This document shows positions 9,181 to 20,415 of a DNA stretch of 45,510 nucleotides, in pieces. The notes under the pieces were generated by a model. It saw nothing but the letters and a program-made list of their open reading frames with translations, did not search any database and was not told the origin of the DNA. Within the stretch, counting starts at the first letter, position 1, and every line of letters begins with the position of its first letter. A program made the position numbers and the translations under genes. This DNA is from Patescibacteria group bacterium (GTDB lineage Bacteria; Patescibacteriota; Microgenomatia; UBA1400; PJMF01), in the NCBI GenBank assembly GCA_040879165.1, contig JBBDKV010000027.1, forward strand, positions 18,283-63,792, read 5' to 3'.

Positions 9181-11307
9181 TTATTTGGGAGGGGTGTAGT
9201 TATCAATAGATTGTGGTTGGTATTGTGGTCGATCGGGCACTGGTTCGGACTGCTTGTTTGCGGGCGCTTGAGAGGTGGTTGTGTCTTGTTCTTCAGTTGG
9301 AGTTGTTGGGGTAGTGTCCTCGCCGACAGCAGACTCTTGAGTGCTTGGCCCTTGAGAATTTGCTTCTTGTGGAGTAGTTGCTTGAGGAGCAATGGTTGCC
9401 GAAGGAACGTTTGGTTTGTCCAGGTTGGCGAGCACTTCTGCGTCTTTACTGCTTTGTAGTGCTTCACTTGCGTCCTCAGCCTTTTGGGTCTGCTGGCGCT
9501 TGAACAGTTCTTCTGGGTTGGTGGTAATTAATCCATGCTCCTCTTCGCTCGCAACAACTCTCAGTGCTACGTGGTTCTGACCTGCAAAGAAAATGCCCTC
9601 TCCAACATCTGCGGTTACCAACAACTGCCTTTCTCCTTGAGAAAGATAAAAGGTTTCAGCTAGGACAGGAACTGAGGCAGTCGACTGCTTCATGAGAAAC
9701 TGAATAGAGGCGTTGGTTACAATCGCCTTGCCGTGGTCGGTGTGCAGAAAGTCTTCAACGTCTTGAGTAATAGTGGTTACTCCGAGGTAGTATTTACGAG
9801 CGCGCTTGACCATCGAGAAAATAAATGACGCCGAGTCGGGATGCTTCATAAAGTACCAGGCTTCGTCAATAATTAAAAGGCGACGCTTGAGTGTCTTGCG
9901 CACTCTGGTCCAAATAAAGTCGAGAATGACGTACATGGCAATAGGGCGCATTTCCTCTTCCATTTCTTTGACAGAAAAAACGGTGATTTGGTTGGTGATA
10001 TCAATGTTTGATTTTTGGTCAAATATGCCCCGGAACGAGCCCGTAATATATTTTTCTAATCGAGCAGAAATGTCGTTGGCGTCGTCGCTTTCCATACCAA
10101 TCAGGGCTTTATAGACATCTTCCATGAGCGGCGGTTCATTAATTTGTGTAGCTGGGTCAGGGGTGATGCCCTTGGCTTTATAGGCAGCAACTAAGGCTCG
10201 GTCAAGTAAGGCCTCTTGTTGAGCGGTCATTTCTCCCAGCATCACTTTGAGTAGTCCATGAAGGGCGATGATTTTCTGACCCAATTCATTTTCACCCTCT
10301 TCATAGATATTTGATAAATCAAATGGATTAATTTTGGCGTGGGAGCCAAAAGTGAAATTGATGTACTCGCCACCAACAGCTTTTGACATCTCTTCGTACT
10401 CATGCTCGGGGTCCATGACAATGACTTCGGCGCCGAACATCATTTGGCGCAAGATTTCTAGCTTTACGGTGTAGGATTTTCCTGCTCCAGATTTAGCAAA
10501 AACAACCATATTCGCATTTTCCATCTTGAATCGGTCAAAAATCACCAAAGAGTCATTGTGCTCGTTGATGCCATACATAATGCCGGTTTCCATCGTCAGC
10601 TCAGAGGAGGTGAATGGAAAGGTGGTGGCTAAAGAGGTGGTGTCCATGTTGCGAGTAATTGAAAGCTTGTCGGTGCCCATTGGAAGCGTGGTTTTGAAGC
10701 CCTCGTCCATTTGGAGTGTAGATTTTTTAGATACGATCAGAAGGGAGCCAAGAGTGGATTGAACGTTTTTTGTCACTTTGTCTAACTGATCTTTGTCGGT
10801 GGCTTGAATGGTGATGTAGAGACCAAATTGGAAAAAGCGCTCTGAGCCCTTGGCAAGCTCTTCACGGATGAAACGGGCGTCCTCGAGTTTGACCTCGGTG
10901 TTGATATTGCTAATTTTGCCAGAGCGCAGGTCTGATTGAATCTCAGCTTCCATTTCTGTAATTTTTCGCTTCAGATTGTCCAGTATTTCAGCCGAGTCAA
11001 CTGGGTAGATAAACATGGCTACGCTCATTTGGTGGGGGTAGTTGATTAAGGGCGAGAGCCAGTTGGCAGGTACGGTGCGAGGGTAGCCAGCTACAAATAA
11101 CGTGCGGGTATAGGTGGAGTTAATTTTTTGATACGTAAAATCAACCTCAATTGCTTCGGGAGCAATAATGTCTTGAATAGTGACGAGGCCTCGAGAAAAC
11201 TCCTTGACTTTTTCAAGGTTTTGTTCTTCTTGCAGCTTGGCTTGCTCTTCTGGGGTCAGCTTGGGCTGTTTCTTTTTACCGAATGGCAGTAGGTCAGAAA
11301 TGGGCAT
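9181..11307 (-). CDS. virB4: VirB4/TraC/ConE-like type IV secretion ATPase with disordered C-terminal tail
   Basis: YGIN..N..LVIFDRF, NMVVFAKSGAGKS (Walker A), DPEHEY, INPFD, LIIDEAW (Walker B), KRARKY, TITQDVEDF. Confidence 0.88.
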   Translation of the reverse strand: MPISDLLPFGKKKQPKLTPEEQAKLQEEQNLEKVKEFSRGLVTIQDIIAPEAIEVDFTYQKINSTYTRTLFVAGYPRTVPANWLSPLINYPHQMSVAMFIYPVDSAEILDNLKRKITEMEAEIQSDLRSGKISNINTEVKLEDARFIREELAKGSERFFQFGLYITIQATDKDQLDKVTKNVQSTLGSLLIVSKKSTLQMDEGFKTTLPMGTDKLSITRNMDTTSLATTFPFTSSELTMETGIMYGINEHNDSLVIFDRFKMENANMVVFAKSGAGKSYTVKLEILRQMMFGAEVIVMDPEHEYEEMSKAVGGEYINFTFGSHAKINPFDLSNIYEEGENELGQKIIALHGLLKVMLGEMTAQQEALLDRALVAAYKAKGITPDPATQINEPPLMEDVYKALIGMESDDANDISARLEKYITGSFRGIFDQKSNIDITNQITVFSVKEMEEEMRPIAMYVILDFIWTRVRKTLKRRLLIIDEAWYFMKHPDSASFIFSMVKRARKYYLGVTTITQDVEDFLHTDHGKAIVTNASIQFLMKQSTASVPVLAETFYLSQGERQLLVTADVGEGIFFAGQNHVALRVVASEEEHGLITTNPEELFKRQQTQKAEDASEALQSSKDAEVLANLDKPNVPSATIAPQATTPQEANSQGPSTQESAVGEDTTPTTPTEEQDTTTSQAPANKQSEPVPDRPQYQPQSIDNYTPPK

Positions 11308-11336
11308 TGTTACTATTGTAGCGAAAAGTCAGTCTG

Positions 11337-11374
11337 TCAGCTACCACCCCTTTGCGGAAAGGGGTGGTAGCTGA
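11337..11374. terminator. Perfect 17-bp hairpin between the VirB4-partner gene and virB4 (terminator or stability element)
   Basis: TCAGCTACCACCCCTTT-GCGG-AAAGGGGTGGTAGCTGA; no immediate U-tract on the minus strand. Confidence 0.6.
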
Positions 11375-11390
11375 GTTGTTGAGTACCGAG

Positions 11391-12941
<1,551 letters not shown>

Positions 12942-13074
12942 GGGCAGAGCTGCTTGCGAGTTTTGAATACAATCTTGAACCGGAACCCGCAAGTTGCTAC
13001 GTGATTCATCTTAGCTGGTTTTGAGGGTCGCTGCAAGGATAAGCAGGTGTGCGCGGTGGCACGCTGTGTCGCTG

Positions 13075-14361
13075 TTAGGTGCTAATAATCTCGAGTGGTT
13101 CAACGATTTTGCCCTTTAACTCAATGCTTTGGGGTCGAAAGGTGTAGCCGTCTTTGTCAGCAGCAATAGTGTATGTGTTGTTTTTAAGCGGGGTAGTTAC
13201 AAAAAACTGACCAAGCGCGTTGGTTCTCACTGCGCGAACCACTTGCCCGTCCTTAGTCTGGATTTCAACAATTGCTCCAGGGATTAATTCTTTGTTGGCA
13301 GTCAACACCATGCCAACGAGCTTATTGGGCACGTCTGGTTTGTCGGGAAAGGGGAGGTCGGCATTAAATTGAGCGGATTGGGTGGGAGCTTGCTCCTCTT
13401 CTGTGTGGGCCTTATTTTCTAAAAAGGCTTTTTCCGAGCGATCGCTTACCAAGTCAGACTCAATATCATCTTCTGCTTTTTGCTCGCCTTCTTTGGTAAC
13501 AGCAATCGATTGTGATTGGGGGATCTCAATTCCTTGAGCGACTTGCTGAGTTTCGAGAAAGACTGTTTTTTGGTCTGAGCCAATGTCGGTTGAGGCAGTT
13601 TCAATAATCGGCTTGGGAACGGGGGGCGGGGCTGGGGCTGCTGTTGGTGTAATGCGCATTTCGGCGACTTGCGGAGCTGCTTCGACTGAAGGAGTTGTTT
13701 CAACTGGTTGTTGTGTTTGGGCGGGCTGCTCGGTTTGAGCTGGTTGGGCTGCTTCGACTAATTGCTCTGCTTCGGGCTGGGGGGCAGGTTGAGGTTCTTG
13801 GCGAATACTGCGGACTCGAATTTTGAGATCTGGTCTGTCGGGTTCAATTTGCCCAGTTGGTTGGTGAAGTTGTCCGGTGGTGTCAAAAAGCGTTAGCACC
13901 TGTTGCATTGAGGTTCGCTCTTCGTAGGTAAAATCATCCGAGTCATCCATCATCATTGCCGAGCTTGAAATGAATTCTTTGATGCGTTGGCGACGAATGG
14001 GAGTGAGGTCGACCTCTTTGACTTGAATAATATCTTCTTCGTTGCCCTTGAACAAAAAGGCTTCTGGAATGTTGTTGAGTCGCTGCCAAAAAAATTGAGT
14101 GGGCTTGTACAGAATGCCATAAAAAGTGATGAGCCAGTGGCTCAGTGGTCGCTCCTCGATTGGCACAAAAGCTGCCACAACTCCTAGGATGGCGACAAAG
14201 ATAATGAGTGGCCACATGATCGCTGCAGGAAGATTGGTGGAAAAAATTGCAAAACAAATGATGGTTGCAAGTAATAATTCGCCAAATTGTTTTAGCGTCA
14301 TATTTCCCACAATGTGGAAGCGGTAGCCGGTGATGTCTTGCGGAATCGGATGTTCTTTCAT
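13075..14361 (-). CDS. PrgI-family (VirB3-like) membrane protein with C-terminal carboxypeptidase-regulatory-like beta-sandwich
   Basis: HPIPQDI..FHIVGNMTLKQF, two TM helices, AFVPIEERPL; C-terminal LVGMV...IPGAIVEI...RTNALGQF...YTIAADKDGYTF. Confidence 0.8.
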   Translation of the reverse strand: MKEHPIPQDITGYRFHIVGNMTLKQFGELLLATIICFAIFSTNLPAAIMWPLIIFVAILGVVAAFVPIEERPLSHWLITFYGILYKPTQFFWQRLNNIPEAFLFKGNEEDIIQVKEVDLTPIRRQRIKEFISSSAMMMDDSDDFTYEERTSMQQVLTLFDTTGQLHQPTGQIEPDRPDLKIRVRSIRQEPQPAPQPEAEQLVEAAQPAQTEQPAQTQQPVETTPSVEAAPQVAEMRITPTAAPAPPPVPKPIIETASTDIGSDQKTVFLETQQVAQGIEIPQSQSIAVTKEGEQKAEDDIESDLVSDRSEKAFLENKAHTEEEQAPTQSAQFNADLPFPDKPDVPNKLVGMVLTANKELIPGAIVEIQTKDGQVVRAVRTNALGQFFVTTPLKNNTYTIAADKDGYTFRPQSIELKGKIVEPLEIIST

Positions 14362-14499
14362 GGCAGGGCTGTAGGTTGTGTGAGCGGAGCGTTCGCGATT
14401 GTGGGTAAGAATCCAGCAAACACAACAAACACTGCTATCTTAGCACGGTTGGGGGTGTTGGCTGAAGAGGGGATGGCGTGGCCTGACTCAGCTGAGGGT

Positions 14500-15489
14500 T
14501 TATTCAGCTTCGGCTGGGCGCGAGAAGTCGGTTACGATAGCGGGGGTGATGATGCTGGCCTCAACCGACTCTCCAGACTCGGTGTTAATTGTTCCATAAA
14601 AATCATAGTAGGGCACAATGGTGTTGCTAGCCTCATCAAGACGATAATCGACCCGTACGTTGGTAAGCGTTGCTGACTTAACCTGACTGATGTCAGGTAG
14701 CCCAACCTCAGGTGAAAAAGCGGTGATTATTGAGGCCTGATTTTGATTAATATTTTCAACTGCTTGATAGACCGAGATTGTTTCATAGGTTCTTCCTTCG
14801 TTGTATTCGATAACAATGGGAAGAAACTCAGCCTTCACAACTCGATGGGCGTTGTCTACCCAAATATTACTAATCGTGCTGGTGCTTGCACCAACTAGAA
14901 TAGGGATGTCTTGTAAAGAAGTGGTAAAAATAAAGTTGACAAGGGTTGCTTCGTGGGAGGGGGCGCTCACAGTGTGTCCTTTGTCGATAAAGTATCCAAC
15001 GCCGTTCTGAGCCAGGGCGATATTGTGCTCGGGTAAAAATGTATCTATAAATTGCTTGGCAACATTGAGCGCTTGTTGTGTGTTGATGGCGTTGTCTCCC
15101 GCTTGTTCACTCAGTGCTTGGAAGTAATATGAATCTAGTTGCTCAACATAAGAAAATTCATAATTTTCATTGAGATAGAGGTTCTCCGAGGTGGGGCTTG
15201 GAGCTAGGTTAAACGAGTTGGTGAATCGCTCTACAATTGTGTTGTGATTGAGCCTTTGCACGGTTCCTGTCGCTATGGGTAGCGTCCTTGGTAGTACAAT
15301 TGGTTCGCCCGTAAACACAACGTTGTTAAAAGTAGATGTTGATTGATCGTAGTTGCTGGTAGCTATCTCTTGAACTGGGTGTGGGGCGGGTGTGAACGCA
15401 CGAAACAACAGCCCTAGAATTAGTAGTAGTAGACTGCCATATATTAGAGGTCGTATCCAATTGGTGTGAGAAAAGTGATTTGTTGTCAT
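14500..15489 (-). CDS. Hypothetical bitopic membrane protein (N-terminal anchor, extracellular alpha/beta domain)
   Basis: 329-aa ORF with a single hydrophobic helix at residues ~14-31; starts 3 nt after the M23 gene stop. Confidence 0.75.
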   Translation of the reverse strand: MTTNHFSHTNWIRPLIYGSLLLLILGLLFRAFTPAPHPVQEIATSNYDQSTSTFNNVVFTGEPIVLPRTLPIATGTVQRLNHNTIVERFTNSFNLAPSPTSENLYLNENYEFSYVEQLDSYYFQALSEQAGDNAINTQQALNVAKQFIDTFLPEHNIALAQNGVGYFIDKGHTVSAPSHEATLVNFIFTTSLQDIPILVGASTSTISNIWVDNAHRVVKAEFLPIVIEYNEGRTYETISVYQAVENINQNQASIITAFSPEVGLPDISQVKSATLTNVRVDYRLDEASNTIVPYYDFYGTINTESGESVEASIITPAIVTDFSRPAEAE

Positions 15490-15492
15490 ATA

Positions 15493-18400
15493 TTAAAAAC
15501 AGTGGTTGACCATAACGGTTTCGCCTCCATTGTACCTGTTTACAACGTCTTGGCCATCGGGTACAAAATTTTTGATAAATCTTCCAGACGACTTCAACTC
15601 ATAATGCAAATGATTGCCACTGGAATTTCCTGTATTGCCTATTTCCCCTAAAGTTTGTCCGCTGGTAACAGGCTGACCACCTTCGCTGCATGACGCAATG
15701 TCTGTAGCCCTCATATGTGCAAAAATAAAGTTGTGGGTTTGACCACCGACCTGGGCTGCCAATTTGACATAGAGTCCATATTCAATGTACTGACCAGTGT
15801 TAGTTCTTCCAGGCCTGGTTTCAACAATCGTATCGCTGCATGCCTGTCCGTCAAATGGCGAAAAAATTGGTGAACCAGCCACATTGGAAATGTCAAACGC
15901 ATCTTCCTTGAAATTAGTATGACCTCCTTCTGAAGCTGGAAGCCAAGTAATTTCTCCAGAGGCTGGCCAACACCCTTGTTTTGGCTCTCCCACTCTAACC
16001 GCAGCACTAGAGGCAAGTGTTTGATCTCTTTGAGCGGTAAAGCCATTTATGTCAATGACGTCAAAAGTCAGTTGAATCACATTGTTTATGGCGATATCCG
16101 CAAGATTTTCTCCGATTGTCACGGTATAGTCAATAACCTGGGGATCAGAAAACGGCTCATCTGGAAAAACGGCTCCTGAGATGGGAGATTCAATAGTAAC
16201 ACCATCAGTGCCAAATCCCATAAAATCATCCTCTATGTCTGTGACACGAATTGAGAAGCCTGATTTTGGAGCAACCGAGATGCTATACGCCACCTCCGTT
16301 GGGGTGTTGTTTTCAATTTGCTGAACCGACGCTTGCTTTTCTAGGTCAATGAAGCGAGTGCCCTCTGTCGCGGGTGTAAGCTCGTCGGTTCTTCGTTGGT
16401 CAATTCGTGTGGGAGTGGGCACCAAAAATGCGCCAATAATTACGGTAATGGTAAAAATGGTCAAAACACCCATGCTGATTGTGGCAATGAGAGGAGCGGT
16501 TACTGAGATTGACAAACCACTCAACCACCCTGACAAACCCCCTGAAGTTCCCGCCGCTGCAGTAGTTCCTGCAGTAGCTGCACCAGTAGTTGCTGCTGCA
16601 GGGGCGGTGGCGGTTGTGGTACCAAGGGCAGATTGGCCGGCTGCTGCACCGGTGGAGGCACTTGACGCTGCTGCGTTTTGGGCTGCGGCAGTGGTGGCAG
16701 CTGCTTGTGTGGCGCCAGAGTCTCTCAATGCCGACATGCTTGCTTGGGATGGGTTGACGTAGTCAGAGGATGAGGAGAATATTGAAGACATGGGTGGGGG
16801 CTGGTTGGGGGAGAAGCCGAACATATTGCCCCAGCTCCATGGAGCTATCTGCGCCCCCATATGAGCGCCGAAAAAACCAGCCCCCAACGCCCCTATCGGA
16901 CCTAAGAATGGGAGCGTACTAAAATAAAACAGTGTGCTGCCTGCCAATCCCCCGACTGTAGAGAGTGCATGAAGAGTGGATGCAACAAAGTACGTTGAAA
17001 CGGCACTGGCGGCTTCGCGAAATTGTTTGTTTTGTAAGAGCAGAACGCCGCCACCGATGGCAAGCGCCGCAGCTCCGCCACCCAACGCCGCCAACTTGCC
17101 TTTGCTACCAATAAGAGTTGATATTTTTTTAGCTGTGCTACCAGCATTTGTGAGTTGTTTTGTTTGGTTAGCAACCTGAATGGCATTTGAGAGTTTGCCT
17201 TTAGGCGAAGTCTTGCCACGCAGTTTTGACATCAGCGAATTGACGACTCCTGGCTCTTGTTGCGCAGCTCTCGCCTGCTCACGAACCTGCAGGTCTACAA
17301 CTCCAGGAATGGACTGCGCTTGCTGCATGAGCTGACCAACCTGATTTTCTTGCAGCTGGGCCTTAATTGCTGTTTCAAGCTCAACGGCGTTTGCGTAGCC
17401 AGCAGCAAGTGCCGCCTCTGCTTTATCCGCCTCTTCCATCTGAAGCACTAGGACGAGGGAAAGGCTGGCGCGTAACTGCTCCACCCGAATGATGCGCTCC
17501 TCAGCAGACTTGACGTCTTGCTGAAATTCTGCCTTGAGTAATGGGTCGAACTCATCGGCGCCGCCTCTTTCGTATTCTGAGACTAGTGTTTTAAGTAGTG
17601 TTTGGTCAGAGGCGCGTTTTTCTTGAAAATCAATGAACTCAAGAATGAGTGGTAAGTTTTCGTCAGCGTCAGCCGCTTTTTCAAATCGCTGGGGAATGGG
17701 AATGTCATAATAAGCATAGACAGCCTTTTGCCCGACTTGACCTAGACTATTCCACTCTCGTTCAAAAATTTTGAAGAATATTTGAGCCTTTTTCCTTGTA
17801 TCAGTTTTTCCGACAGCTTCCGCCACAACTTCACCATCTTGATCTTGGACCATTTGTTGGACGTGGCGAACATTTTCAACTCTCTTGGTAAATTGCGTGG
17901 AAGAAATGGTATCGTATTTTGTTTCTTTTTCTGACCCAAACAGACCGTGGGGTTGTAAATTAGAAAGGGCGGACAATTGGGCAAATCTACTGGCTGCGAA
18001 CTGATCGAGCAAGCTGCGAAATTGATCAATGTTTGCCTCGTTAATTTTTCCTTCTTCAATCCCAAAAGTGAGTGCCAGCATCTGCGGATTGATGTTGTTG
18101 ATTAGTTTAGATGTATTTTCGTAACCATAGCTCAAAAGGAGCGAGTCGAGCGCAGAACTCGTAGTTTTAATTAATAATGGATCGTCAGTGTCCACTACAT
18201 CCTGCAGCGATGCTCCAAACAATCTTTGAGTAATGTGTTCACTGTCACGAAGTTTAAAGACGACTCCAGCTTGTACGAGCGAGTGATTAATGCTGTTTTG
18301 CAGTTGGGTATATTTGTGTTGGTCACTGTCGCTGAGATGCTGCAGAAGATTGTTGTAGAACTGGCTGAGTTTGTTGATAAACGCAGGGTCTTGGTTAATG

Positions 18401-20220
18401 CGCGCTCTCAGCTGCGAAAGTATTTTTTCCCGATCTGGATAGATAATGTACAATTTTTCAAGAGAATCGGCTGGGAGTTCTTCAAAAAATTGAAATGATG
18501 TTTCGTACAATTCGAATTTGAGCTCATCAAACACATCTTGCAGACCGGGCTCATCAGGTGTTGACTCATCATCAATATCATGCACGCCAAACAGTTGAAA
18601 ATGTAGTTGATTGTATGCCCAGGTTGTTTCGGTTTCTAGTTGCTCAGCTCTGCTGAGAACGGGAGCGTTGTGGGTGGAAATAAACGAGTTATACGCTTGT
18701 TGGAACGTTGTTCCGCCAAGAATCGATCCAGAATTATTCTTGATGTGACGAATAAGTGAAGACGGAGATCTGCGCACGCGCTCGCGTTCCTCGGGGGGAA
18801 GCGACATGATGTATGCGAGTGTTTTTGACTGAACTTGGTCGAGTATTGTGTTTGGTAGGCCAGAAAGGTCTTGGATATCTTTATCACGAAACAGCTCCGC
18901 CATCGTTCCCCAATAGAGACGAGCGCCTTGGTCTTGGATACTTTTTTGATCCTCAGGTGAGATGGTTCCTGCACTAGAGATGGCTGTGTCTAACGCATTT
19001 TGGACCGTGCTTGGTAAAGGGCGAAAGTGTGTTGGTCGCTCTGGTTCTTGTGATGCTGGGCGCGGTTGGTCGGGCTGTACTTTTTGTTCCAAACTTTTGA
19101 TAAACCTTGCTTTCCACGCGCGAATATATTCCCTGATTTTGTCAAATGTGGCATCTCTAAATTGGGGCGTAGCAAAGACTGACTCAAGTTCCTGAACGAA
19201 GGCGGCCGCAGCCTCAGGTGAGTTAGTTGCTAATTGTTGTTGAGCTACTTGTTGGTAGATCTCCGTGAGTTGTTCAAAGAACTGCAATTGCGTGTCTGCT
19301 AGTAGTTTTTGAATAAGGTCTCTAAAAAGCTGTGCGCGAAGAACGACCGCGCCTTGCTGCGTAAGTAGCTGGTTTAGTTTGTCTGGTGGAAGGCTTTGAA
19401 TGAGAATGTAGACCTGCTCGCGCAAGAGGTCTGTTAATTGATTGATGCGATCCTGAATATCGGGTGGCAGGTCAGCCATGCTAAAGCCTGCTTTTTCAAA
19501 TGCATCAAGAATCAGCTGTCTTTGTGCAAAAAAGACCACCCACTCAACTTGTTGACTGACAATCTTTTTGTTGGTTGGATCGGTGAGGTCTGGTGGATCT
19601 AGGTCTTCACCTGAATCCTCTTGGGAGGAGTCGTCTGAAGATTGAGTAATTCCGCGTCTTGAGCCTTGGCTGGCTGTGGTTGTGGCGGCGGCGACTGCAG
19701 CAGGGTCAAGCTCGGTGTCTTGGTCAGCGTCCTCTGACCTCTCGTCTGCTTTTTTGTATTGGTCAAAAACTAACGCAACTGTGTTGTACAATTCTCTAAT
19801 CCTGAAGAAGTTTTTTTCTAGTTCTCGTTCAGAAAATTGAGCCTGCTCCCCGGTTCCCCACTCCTTGAGAAGGGTGAGTTCGTCATAATTTTCACCAAAT
19901 CCGCCAAGTGTGTCGGTGGGGTAGAGTTGGTGAATAGCTTTGGCTAATCCAGTTAAAACAACTAGGTAGTCCTTGAGAAAGAGTAGTTTTTCTTGCTGCT
20001 CTGGCGAGTAATTAGTTTCGGGTTCGGAGGCGGTAGTGAGTTGAGCATTGGTTGTCTGTTGGTTAATCCTCAAGATAATTTGTTGATTAGTAATGAGGCC
20101 TTTGTTGTCAATGACTTTGCCCAGCTCTTCCAGTGGCGTTTCAAGTTCTGCATTGGGATAAAATCCCAAGCTTTTGACAGGGGTGAAGGATTGGTCGAGT
20201 TGATTGGTTTGGTCGGGCAT
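15493..20220 (-). CDS. Giant membrane protein (1575 aa) with C-terminal M23 (LytM) metallopeptidase domain
   Basis: C-terminal GCWPASG, GGH...AFDI, GSPIFSPFDG, YGLYV, FAHM, IGNTGNSSGNHLHYE; hydrophobic segments at ~aa 1050-1270; ~1000-aa helical N-terminal region with no signal peptide. Confidence 0.85.
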   Translation of the reverse strand: MPDQTNQLDQSFTPVKSLGFYPNAELETPLEELGKVIDNKGLITNQQIILRINQQTTNAQLTTASEPETNYSPEQQEKLLFLKDYLVVLTGLAKAIHQLYPTDTLGGFGENYDELTLLKEWGTGEQAQFSERELEKNFFRIRELYNTVALVFDQYKKADERSEDADQDTELDPAAVAAATTTASQGSRRGITQSSDDSSQEDSGEDLDPPDLTDPTNKKIVSQQVEWVVFFAQRQLILDAFEKAGFSMADLPPDIQDRINQLTDLLREQVYILIQSLPPDKLNQLLTQQGAVVLRAQLFRDLIQKLLADTQLQFFEQLTEIYQQVAQQQLATNSPEAAAAFVQELESVFATPQFRDATFDKIREYIRAWKARFIKSLEQKVQPDQPRPASQEPERPTHFRPLPSTVQNALDTAISSAGTISPEDQKSIQDQGARLYWGTMAELFRDKDIQDLSGLPNTILDQVQSKTLAYIMSLPPEERERVRRSPSSLIRHIKNNSGSILGGTTFQQAYNSFISTHNAPVLSRAEQLETETTWAYNQLHFQLFGVHDIDDESTPDEPGLQDVFDELKFELYETSFQFFEELPADSLEKLYIIYPDREKILSQLRARINQDPAFINKLSQFYNNLLQHLSDSDQHKYTQLQNSINHSLVQAGVVFKLRDSEHITQRLFGASLQDVVDTDDPLLIKTTSSALDSLLLSYGYENTSKLINNINPQMLALTFGIEEGKINEANIDQFRSLLDQFAASRFAQLSALSNLQPHGLFGSEKETKYDTISSTQFTKRVENVRHVQQMVQDQDGEVVAEAVGKTDTRKKAQIFFKIFEREWNSLGQVGQKAVYAYYDIPIPQRFEKAADADENLPLILEFIDFQEKRASDQTLLKTLVSEYERGGADEFDPLLKAEFQQDVKSAEERIIRVEQLRASLSLVLVLQMEEADKAEAALAAGYANAVELETAIKAQLQENQVGQLMQQAQSIPGVVDLQVREQARAAQQEPGVVNSLMSKLRGKTSPKGKLSNAIQVANQTKQLTNAGSTAKKISTLIGSKGKLAALGGGAAALAIGGGVLLLQNKQFREAASAVSTYFVASTLHALSTVGGLAGSTLFYFSTLPFLGPIGALGAGFFGAHMGAQIAPWSWGNMFGFSPNQPPPMSSIFSSSSDYVNPSQASMSALRDSGATQAAATTAAAQNAAASSASTGAAAGQSALGTTTATAPAAATTGAATAGTTAAAGTSGGLSGWLSGLSISVTAPLIATISMGVLTIFTITVIIGAFLVPTPTRIDQRRTDELTPATEGTRFIDLEKQASVQQIENNTPTEVAYSISVAPKSGFSIRVTDIEDDFMGFGTDGVTIESPISGAVFPDEPFSDPQVIDYTVTIGENLADIAINNVIQLTFDVIDINGFTAQRDQTLASSAAVRVGEPKQGCWPASGEITWLPASEGGHTNFKEDAFDISNVAGSPIFSPFDGQACSDTIVETRPGRTNTGQYIEYGLYVKLAAQVGGQTHNFIFAHMRATDIASCSEGGQPVTSGQTLGEIGNTGNSSGNHLHYELKSSGRFIKNFVPDGQDVVNRYNGGETVMVNHCF

Positions 20221-20415
20221 GGTTTATCTGGTTGTGGTTGCCTGGTTCTAGAAGGGCTAATCAAGTTGCTGGCGCAACTACTAATTGTAACGCTCCCACA
20301 AGTGAATGAAGCTATTATAGCTGTAGTTGTGGGGGCGGGGCTAGTGACGGGAGCGAGCGGGGTAATAGGGCTGAAAAAGGTGTGGAAATACTCGATTTAT
20401 AGTATAATTCAAGGT

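Noticed and set aside
19993-20415. 141-aa hydrophobic N-terminal extension of the 1232-aa ORF
   Set aside because: It overlaps the M23 gene start in antisense; ATG 20416 has a correctly placed -10 box.
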